From the human T2T-CHM13v2.0 reference genome, Homo sapiens, in the NCBI RefSeq assembly GCF_009914755.1, contig NC_060933.1: a stretch of DNA of 64,000 nt; one strand, written 5' to 3'. This document shows, piece after piece, positions 54,119 to 64,000 of this stretch (position 1 is its first letter; each line of letters begins with the position of its first letter). Below the pieces are notes generated by a model. The model searched no databases and was not told the DNA's origin. It was given only the letters and a program-made list of their open reading frames with translations. Made by a program: the position numbers and the translations under genes.

Positions 54119-57100
54119 TAATAATTTGGTATTTGGAGGCTCCTGTGTCACTGCAGGAACTAAAGGAGGCTAAATCCATGCCTGATGGAGGAGAAGAGTT
54201 CTATGGTTATCTGCAAATTCTGGCCAGACAACATCTTGACGTCACTCCTTAGCTTCCATAACCTAGCCAAGCAAGAAGTTGCCTTTCCAAGACAAAGCAG
54301 TGTGCTCTAATGACTAACCCCTCAAAGTACTATGCCACTTTAACTATAGACCCATCTCCTCGATCAATCAGGATGGCAAGATGGAGCTGAGGAGCTCAGC
54401 AACATCAAGTCTGGAGTTGGTCTTTAACTCAACTAGCTCGTTTAGACGTGTCTGAACACCACATCACCTGACAGCACGGGGTGGTTTCCCAGTAAAATTT
54501 ACAAACTCAGCTCAAGGGCAGCTGTGTTGCTTTCCTTTCCTTGACTGCTGAGAAACTTTTTGACAGGGAACAATGGAAACACACCTTCTGAGCTGAAACA
54601 AACAAACAGAAACAAAACATACTAACCAGCAAAATCCCCAAATCATCAATCTTGGGTTCTCTTGAAGGGCAGGAGTGTGTTTTATCTTCTCCCGTCGGAG
54701 CAAACACTATAGATGTCCTCCCTAAAATTCTGTCTTCCCTAGAGCAGCCTTGTAAATTAGCTAGGGTCCTAGGGTTGAGGCCTAAATCAACTTAAAATTG
54801 TCTCTAAATATGTACCTGGATGTGTTTGTACTTGCAGAGCATGCCCTCTTCATGTGCCTAGGGCTAGTAACTCCCTGTGGCAGAGGCATGTAAAGTATTC
54901 TGACTTTTTTTTTTTCAACTTAATTCCATTTCCAATGAAATGGATTTTTAAAAATTTTCTCCAGAGTGTGCCATACTTCTCCAGCTATTATAGTTAATGT
55001 GTGTGTATCCTTGTGTATATGTGTGTTTGTGTGTGCATATGTGTTTTCCTAGTGGTTACATGCTTACTAGGCAATTATGTAAATAAGCACAGATTCATAG
55101 GCCAGCTAGGCCTGAGGAAAGAAGACATTATAAAGGGAGGGAGTATTTTAACATTAGCTAAAGCTATCACACAAGGCACCCATTCTGCTCCCCTCAACAG
55201 CCACAGCCCACTTCGTCCTTGTCTTACCAATAAGGGGAAAGGCTGGAGGTGATATTTTTCACAGAACCGCAGAGGTTTTGAACATATTTGCAACATTACT
55301 TTGAGTACACATGAGCAAAAATTCTGAATTACATCCAGGACCCCAGAAGCTCATTAGATCAAAGAGTGCGGGGCCCCTCAGAGTTACCAGAGATTATCTG
55401 CAGACTTCAGTGCAATCGAATGACCATGGTCCATTTTGATGGTCAGAGGTAGGACTGAAAAACGGGTAGAAACAATTGCTTTAGCGCTTCCTTCTGTACT
55501 TTGCCTATTAATGTTTTGTCTTTCAAAAATATATTTTCTCCTAATTGTTTAATTGGCCAAATAATGGCTGCTTTGGGAGTTGTTTGTATGCCTTGGAAGG
55601 CCATGGCCTGCACTTTAAAAATAAGCTAAGTCCATTCTGCCCAGCACGAGCATTAGGACAGAGAATGCACTTATTTTAGGATCCTTAAAAATTGCTTCTT
55701 TTATGGCACACTGGGTTGACGACTCATCTCGTGGGAGCCTTCATGGCACATTGCTGCTGTTCTGCAGGTCCCAATACAATTCCTTCCACCTCTCAGTGCC
55801 ACGGCCCCCCCATTGCTAGCTACAACAATTTGATATCATATTCCCTTTTCAACTCCAAAGGAGATGATAAGAAGCTATCAAATAATGCTTTAAAAAAGCA
55901 ACTTGAGTTTCTTAAAAGAAAGGAAATGAATACATGCTGCATAATTACATTTAAAATGTAAGCCATGTTATTATAAGCCGCACTGAGATGAAGATTTGTT
56001 AGCAAACCAGTTTCAAGCACACTCACAGTGAAGTAAAATCATGTTTTTAGCATCTGACCATTGGGTAATATTATTCTTTGTTATCAAAAGAGAAATATCA
56101 CCCGAGTATAGTATACTTAGACCTCCTAGAGGAAACACTCCAGTCCTAAGCTTGGTGTCTGAAAAGAAAAACAAAAATAAAGATTATGGATTTAGGTCAG
56201 GGAGACAGAGTGATATTCTGAAGACTGTGTTTACTCCCTCATCATCGGCCAACCAAGATGGAGTTCTGCATCCTGCACATATCAGACATTTCAGTCCAAT
56301 TTCACCAAAGCATCAGTGATGTTCTAGAAGCATCCCAGCAGATGGAGGATCCTAATGTATTTGTTCTGGGTATTTCCCAAGGCCCAGCCTGACTGGAGTG
56401 TGTGTACCAACAGGATGAATCCAATCAAGCTACGCCCCCATTTTGGTTTCGGATTGGCCACTCTTGCATGTGCTAGTAGATTGTGGACCAGGACCAGCTG
56501 AGCAAACACAGTTGCAGAGTAGCCTCCTATGTTGCTAAGAAGCTCCTGCTACCCAGGTGCTTTGAACAATTGAGTGCTCCCTCTGGTTAAGTAGAGATGG
56601 CACCACCGGAGTTTTTCTTGGATGTGAGGCTCAATCCTTTACGGCAGCTATTATAACAAAGTGAAGGTTTTCTCCCTGGGAAATGCAGCTTTTCTCTGTC
56701 TTTACTAATTCTGCCAGCCTGTGAGAGTAACCACCGTAGCTGGGCTTCTTCTCAGATTAATTGTCATGCCAGGTCTCCTTCCTGGGGAGCTGTGATGCTG
56801 CTCTGAGGTTGATTGCTGAGGTTGTAGTGGGTTTTTGTTTGTTTTTGTTTAGTTTTTCTTGATTGTTCTTCTTTCTCTTGAATGGCAAGAGAAGAAACAC
56901 TTTCTCTAACCCACGGCCAGGAAGGAAATGGGGAGAGAGCTACTTCTTAGTTCAACCTGGTTGCCACATAAAGGAATCTCTCTCCTTGGACTCAGCCCCT
57001 AACTGGAAGCAAGAGCCACTGCCCTCTGAGACTGAGAGAGCAGCCCGAGGAGGAGATGAATCCATTCTGCCCTTTGTTTGGGTTTGCTTCCTGTCAGTGA

Positions 57101-60100
57101 GAGAATGCTGAGGCAGTTCCTGTTATGTGAAACTTTCATTTTTAAAACCAGGACAGTCCTAAACAGACTGCAATGAGTTGGTCAATCCCAGTTGGTATAG
57201 GCCCAATGATTTTTGCTAGTAAGATAGGATTGTCTTCCTCACCCAAAATGCCTTCAAGTGCCCTAAAATGGGTATTTTAAAATAAGAATAAATAATGTAG
57301 ATTTAGTAGAAAACCTGGAAAACATAAGAAACAAAGATGAAACGAAAAGTCCCATGTAATTCCACCAGTTAGAGTTAACCACTGATATCGTTTGGATATA
57401 TGGCTTTCTAGTCTTGTGGATATCCTTTTAATCTCTTGTAATATAAAGTCTGACCATATGTGTCCTTGCATTTGTTTGTACTGGACTCTGTTAATATTTC
57501 TATAGTAATGGCTCACTTTGGGGAGATTGTGCTGCACAGTGTGTAGGAAACACATTGGGTGTATTATTCCCAGTTTTGTATTTTGTATTTCCTTGGAGAT
57601 GTGCAGGGGTTAAGAGCGGGGGTCTGGCCATAGCTGGCCACGTCAGACTCTCATATGGTAAGTATCACAGAGCACATGAGGCCTGTGTTATGCGCTGGAA
57701 AGACTCAGGAAATGAGAGGCTCTCTTGTTCTGACAAGGCAGGCTGAGAGCTCTCATTTAGGGTCATCACTCCAGATAACTCCAAATGCAGTTTATTGCTC
57801 AACTGAAGCAGATGATCACTTTTTGCCTCCAAGTTCTTCACCCTAGCTAGCTCCTTTCAAAGAGCCGAGTATGCTGGATCTTAAAGGGCCAAACTAGTTA
57901 CATCTCATACATTTCCTGATGTTTAGGGATGGCTTCACTTCCATCAAGGATACCTTGGCTGTGCAAGGACCTCTGATAGCTGGAGTCTCCTTTTGGTCAC
58001 TCCCAGCTTTGCTTAAACTTGATGGAGTTTGCTGTCCAGTGATCCCCGGATCTTTCATCATGAAAGCCTTCCTTCCTCTCCTGATGTCTCAGGCCTCTAG
58101 ACCTAGACTGGGGTTCTGGCAAGGAGGCCTCTATCAATAGTATGACATCCAATAATATGTTAGTGTTGATATTTTGCACAGTAATATTAAGTTTAAGAGA
58201 TTATAAAAATGAGTTCAAATGAATAAGTTCCTGTGATGTAAGAGATTAGATATGTGTGATTTCAGAACCAAAGGCAGGGGGGAATCCCAGAAAGAAAACA
58301 ATAATATAATCCTAGTTTCTATATATTATTTTTATTCATTACTGTATATGGGTAGAGATCAATATTCTTTCTTATGCTGTTACTATTAATTAACACATTT
58401 TTTAACCATGCCATTGAACTTTTGGGTGCATTAAAGTGGAACCCAAGCTCCTCATTAGATAATAATGGCATTTGGACTGAGTGCCATATTCCTAAATTTC
58501 CAATAAAGTGGTTGATATAGAGAGGACAGGATAAAGCCCTATAGTGTGCAGTTATATCAAAACAGCTAGTCTCCACTTTAGGGAATGCCTTTACTAGAGA
58601 TTACATGAAATGTCTGCTTATAAAATAAGCAGAGATGGCACCACTAAGCAGCCACCTGAATTGTTTTCCTACAGGAATGATTACTTTTCAGATCCATTTA
58701 TGTTTTCATGCTCAATACTTACTCCCCTTCCCTGCAACACCCAAAGAGTTTACTTTTGCAAGTCATTTGGTCTTCAGTCTACTACTGAGGAATAGAGAGG
58801 CACTAACTGCTTTACCCAGGATCAGAACTCATGTTCTTACCTTCTATTAATAGAGTACTTGAGCCCGATGGACTAACTGGTCTCACATTTTCTCTATCTT
58901 GGTTTTACTTCCATAAACATCAATATCTTTACCCACATGATTTTTCCATCCTCCCATTTTTTTCCATATGTATTAGGGTTCAGGAACTATGATGCTAATG
59001 ATCACATTTCTTCCTAGTTCCTAATTTCATTAGTGCCATTTCCTGATATCTACAGAAACAATTATCAATACATGTAGCTGCTTGAGCCTTATTTAGAAGG
59101 CTAGCCTTTCTTTTCCAAGTGCTGTCAGAATGTATACATTTAGTCTGTCTTTTTCCCTTTTAGGAGTCTTTGTTCTGGGTTGATGGCAAAATTCCTCTTT
59201 TTACATGTGAGATTTTTGATTTCACTGAATTCTACCTAGATTTTTATGGACATTGGATTTTAAAGAGGAAAACACTCATTTTCTTAGTAAGATATTGGTG
59301 ATACATAGCTATGCCATTGATTTCCATACTCCTGAGCTTTGGGGAGGGAGACAGTGGCCAAGTAGCAGGCAGAATAAGATCATCACTCATGTCCTGAATC
59401 AATCACACTTTCCCTCTCGGATTGTGTATATGCTCTGCCACTTCCTACATATTACATCCTGAGTTTTTAAGTAAAGTGGATCTTAGCCAGATTTGAGTCT
59501 AATGGCTGATTCATCGGCATAGTTCTTGGCGTTAACATCTCAGTGTCCTCTTTAGTTCTCTTTGAGGATTCATGTCATTGAGGGCCTTTGTGCCTCCACT
59601 TGTCTCAGTATGAGGAAGAACTTTGGTGTGAGGGCGGAGCTATGTGAAGGGTTGCTGGGTTGGGGGATTAGTTCATATGGTCCCCATGCCATCTATTTAC
59701 TTTTGGAGAGAGGGGACTTTGAGTGGGTGGGTATGGATAGATGTTCCTCAAGGAAACCCTGCTGGCTAATGGGCACTACATCTGTGTATTACTGTGATTC
59801 TCTCTGTAAGCTCCCCATGTGGCCAAGGACCCCCCTCCTACCAGGGCACTTCCTGCCACCTCATTGCACTGGTCTCAACCATTCAGCCTGCTGCTGCTGC
59901 ACCATGTTGGGCTGCGGTAGGATAGGGAAGGGGTTCTGTTGATTGCTAAATGTTGCCTAACTTTATTTCCCTCTCCCACATTTCATGCAAGGGAGTGGAC
60001 CTAACACATGACTTGCATTCTCTTCCTATGTTCAGAAACTCCAGGGCTTGCCCACGTGTATGTATGAGTGACCAATGGAGCTTGGAATTCTTTATCTATA

Positions 60101-60198
60101 TGATCTGTCCGAAAATGAGATCTTTTGTACTGGAATTTGTGATGTAGTTGATCATTCAGAGCCAAACGCATATACCAATAAAGACAAGACTGTCATAT
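54119..60198 (+). other. NTRK2: Long 3' UTR of the TrkB-T-Shc transcript (3' end approximate)
   Basis: Follows the T-Shc stop codon, has no Alu over ~6 kb, and ends at an AATAAA with a downstream GT-rich element. A multi-kb T-Shc UTR is established. Confidence 0.75.
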
Positions 60199-60215
60199 AT
60201 GTGGTCTCTGTTGCC
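60177..60215 (+). terminator. Distal polyadenylation signal of the TrkB-T-Shc exon
   Basis: AATAAA at 60177-60182, CA/TA cleavage candidates ~12-18 nt downstream, then tgtggtctctgttg. TGTA motif upstream at 60126. Confidence 0.75.
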
Positions 60216-60384
60216 TACTTTCGTCACCTGCTAATACTTTTTCTTACATAGACTTGAGAATATAATTCAACATTGGGATTCCTCAAGGCACCACGAACAG
60301 AGCTCTAGAAGTTGTCCGCATTGGTTCCCCAGTTGCCCCCACATAGCCTCTCTGGGTTTTCTCGAAGCAACTCCTTCACTCAGG

Positions 60385-61105
<721 letters not shown>

Positions 61106-61436
61106 CCTCAGGGCTCCTTCTGGCCTGGATCTTGTGTAAACCTCTGGCCTTTGCAAAGCTGTTATGTGTACATAAACTTCTCAGTGGATTGTCTGTCAGT
61201 CTTCGGATACTTCCTGAGTTCCTGGCCTAATTGTCCTTCCTCACTGCCTCGTCTTCCCTTGGAGATGCAGTCCCCTGTCTCCCTTTTGTTCAGCCAGCCT
61301 CAGCATCTCCAGCAGTAACCATCCTGTGCTATCTACTGAAATAGCAGATAAGTGCATGCTCATCTTCTCACTACATTTTTAAAATTTTTATTTGTTGTAT
61401 GTGACTCTCCAGAGTGAGGAAATGAATGAGGCTGCC

Positions 61437-61518
61437 AAAGAGAGAGAGAGAGAGAGACAGAGAGAGAGTGAGAGAGAGACGGAGAGTGAGGCAGAGACAG
61501 AGACAAAGAGAGATAGAT
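61437..61518. repeat. GA-rich microsatellite
   Basis: Direct reading. Confidence 0.9.
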
Positions 61519-64000
61519 TCTTTGGAAAAGGACAGGAGGGAGGATCAGGGGACTTTCTCAGTAAGTCTGAGAAATAATCTAGGGGAAAAATGGATAAAAT
61601 TTTTAAAAAATAAGGGAAATTCTTTAAAAAACCTATATTGCTTTTGTCCCCCACATTTGGAGGTGTATGATACATTTGCTAAGCTGAAGATACAGTATTT
61701 GAGATTTAAAATATTCCATTTTCACTCAGCCAGTTTCTTAATGCCATGCGCTCTTTTTGTAATATTTGCATTCTCTATTTTTATATAATTCCTACCTAAT
61801 GCTTTTTATGGGCCAGGCCCCATGGATTGTATTTTCACATTAAAAAAATCTTAATAATTGCTGCAGTATAGATATTACTCTGTTTTACAGATGGGAAAAG
61901 TGAGGCTCAGAAAAGTTAGGAGGAAAAGGAAAATGCAAATTCCATCCTGAACAAGGGGTTGTTATTGAAGCCCAGGTGGATGTCCTGGAAGTGAGGACTC
62001 TTTCTAGCCCAGTGCTGCTCATCCTTTCCAAATTAATACCCAGCAATTTTCTAACTCAGCAAGAGGAATTGTAGTGTTGGCATTGCCCCTTTCATGTGGG
62101 TGATCAAGTATGCTGGGGTGTATTAACCTTTGGATCTGAAGGGTGAGGAGTGTCCACATGGTGGGTGCTGAACTTACTGATAAAGGAGGAACCTGCCAGT
62201 GGGCAGAGCCCAGGCCATCTATGGTACAATGATTGATATAGGCTCACTGGCCTGTGATGTTTTCTCTCTCAGTAGTGTCTTTAAGAAATATTAAATGATC
62301 ATGAATATAAAGCCGTTATTTTTATTTTTTTGCCAATTAAAATTATGTAAAATTCCACTTTTTCTTTTGCCAAGCCCTCTCTGAAAAGTTTACATTTTTA
62401 GTTTTAGTTCAGAAAATCCTAGAAAAAGCAAGCTATACCATAGATCTCAGACTCCTTCTTGAGTGGGTTCACTCCTCTGAGATTAGCATATCTGATTTCC
62501 TAGGTGAACTTGATATCCAAGAAAAGAATTCAAAGTGTGCCAACTGTGTTTGGGAGCATGTTGAGGTGCATATATTTGCTGAGTTTCTGTAGGCAATGCT
62601 GGGAGGAGTGAGAACCCACAGCTCCTGGGCAGGGTCACCCTGTACAAGGAGGCCAAGGGAACACAGTGTCTAGTAAAGCCTTCTTTTCAGCATCCTATGG
62701 GGAACCAGCCTTGATGCGAATCTTATGAGCATCGCAGAGGACAGACAAGTACTCCTCTGGCTCACCTTCTACAACTCGTTCCTTCATTTTCCATTCAAAG
62801 GTCCATGTTTCCAAACTGGCTAATTGAATGGAGTCAAAATTTCTATAGATCTTTATGCTTTAGAGAGCCGTTTTAAAAACAAGAGTTGGCATTCATACGT
62901 GGCATTCTTCCAAGCCTGCATCTACGTGCTTCATAAAGTCAGGAGATATCAAGGAGCTGATATTCTTGAGCACTTTGTGACAGACACACATGTTGACCAA
63001 TATCTCATATAAGTCTTTTAATGGAGAGAGTAACACATGTTCTTTAAAAACATCATACAGCACTTCTTTACTGGGCTTGGTAAGTGCAGATGAGTTAGAA
63101 CGGCAAGGTTAGCCAAAATGAATAATTATTTTCTGACTCAATGTTTATTCTCTTAATTATCTTGATAACTTTGAAAAAACCATAGTTTGGAGTATGAATT
63201 ATTCAAATGTAGTTCAAAGTCCATTGTGACAAGTAATAAAATACATTCAAAATATTGTTTACTAGAGTGTTCCAAGCCCGCTGAACCTCTATGCATTATC
63301 AGCTACAAAGCTGCAGAGCATGGCCAGCCCTTTGGGGTGGAGATGCAGCCAGAGAGTGGTTTGGAGAAACTAATTAGAATGTGACTTCAGAGAAAAGGGG
63401 CTGAAATATTTCCAAACAGAGAATTTGATGAGTCCTTTGCTTTCCCTGGGGTGGGGGTTATGTATGTTTCTGCATGAATCTCGAAATATTTGCCAGTATG
63501 GAAAATTTTCCCAATGAGAGGAGATAAAACAAATCTCTGACTAATAAGACTGTCTGGGACCTTTAACAATAAAACTCCAGGATGGGGAGGGGACAACAAG
63601 GGTAGGAATGAAAGTTCAGATTAGGCTTAGGGTATATGTCGTATGTCTCTGTTGGATGATGAACGTGTAATCAGGAAGTCACGTCTCACCAGGAATTCAG
63701 TGGCAGTAGTCAATGACTGATATAAAAAATTGCAGATGGAAATAAATACTTATTGGCAATTTTGTAAGTTCTGAATCATAGTCTGTTCAACGAACAAACA
63801 AGTGCTTTGGCATCTCCGGCTCCTAGAACAGTGCCCAAGACATTGTAGGTTTATAATAAATAGGTAGTAAACTGAATGAACAAAAGAATGGATGATCTTA
63901 TCTACTTTGCCTGTCATCTTACTGTAGCTTTGGGAAGAAAATACATCTCTACTTCATTGAGCTTCAGGCATCTCTAGTATTTGCCTATGATTCTGGTAGG

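Noticed and set aside
54090-54173. Alternative frame of the T-Shc exon, GPEVPPRPPDNNLVFGGSCVTAGTKGG, containing a PxxPxR SH3-ligand pattern
   Set aside because: It needs a phase-0 donor. Both upstream exons in the window end in phase 1, giving WPRGSPKTA.

Overview
This is primate (human or near-human) genomic DNA, not prokaryotic. It is an internal part of NTRK2 (TrkB, chr9q21.33 in human) on the + strand. About 43 kb of repeat-rich intron is followed by three exons. The first is a 48-nt cassette exon (43320-43367, DFSWFGFGKVKSRQGV). The second is the 189-nt juxtamembrane exon carrying the NPQY Shc/FRS2 docking site (49522-49710). The third is the alternative terminal exon of the kinase-less TrkB-T-Shc isoform (WPRGSPKTA-stop, 54090-54118), with a ~6 kb 3' UTR ending near an AATAAA at 60177. 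The rest is Alu, L1, L2, MIR, ERVL/MaLR LTR and hAT/Tigger relics plus microsatellites; repeat subfamily names are recognised by eye and need RepeatMasker/Dfam confirmation. Almost all ORFs in the supplied track are spurious. I found no CRISPR array, operon or new protein-coding system. Four observations are least explained. (1) An L1PB copy carries two nested, locally templated insertions of different ages. (2) An L1MB fragment sits in the branch-point zone of the Shc-site exon, with its AATAAA 42 nt from the exon start. (3) There is a candidate cryptic terminal exon just upstream of the 48-nt exon. (4) The T-Shc ORF closes with a triple in-frame stop.
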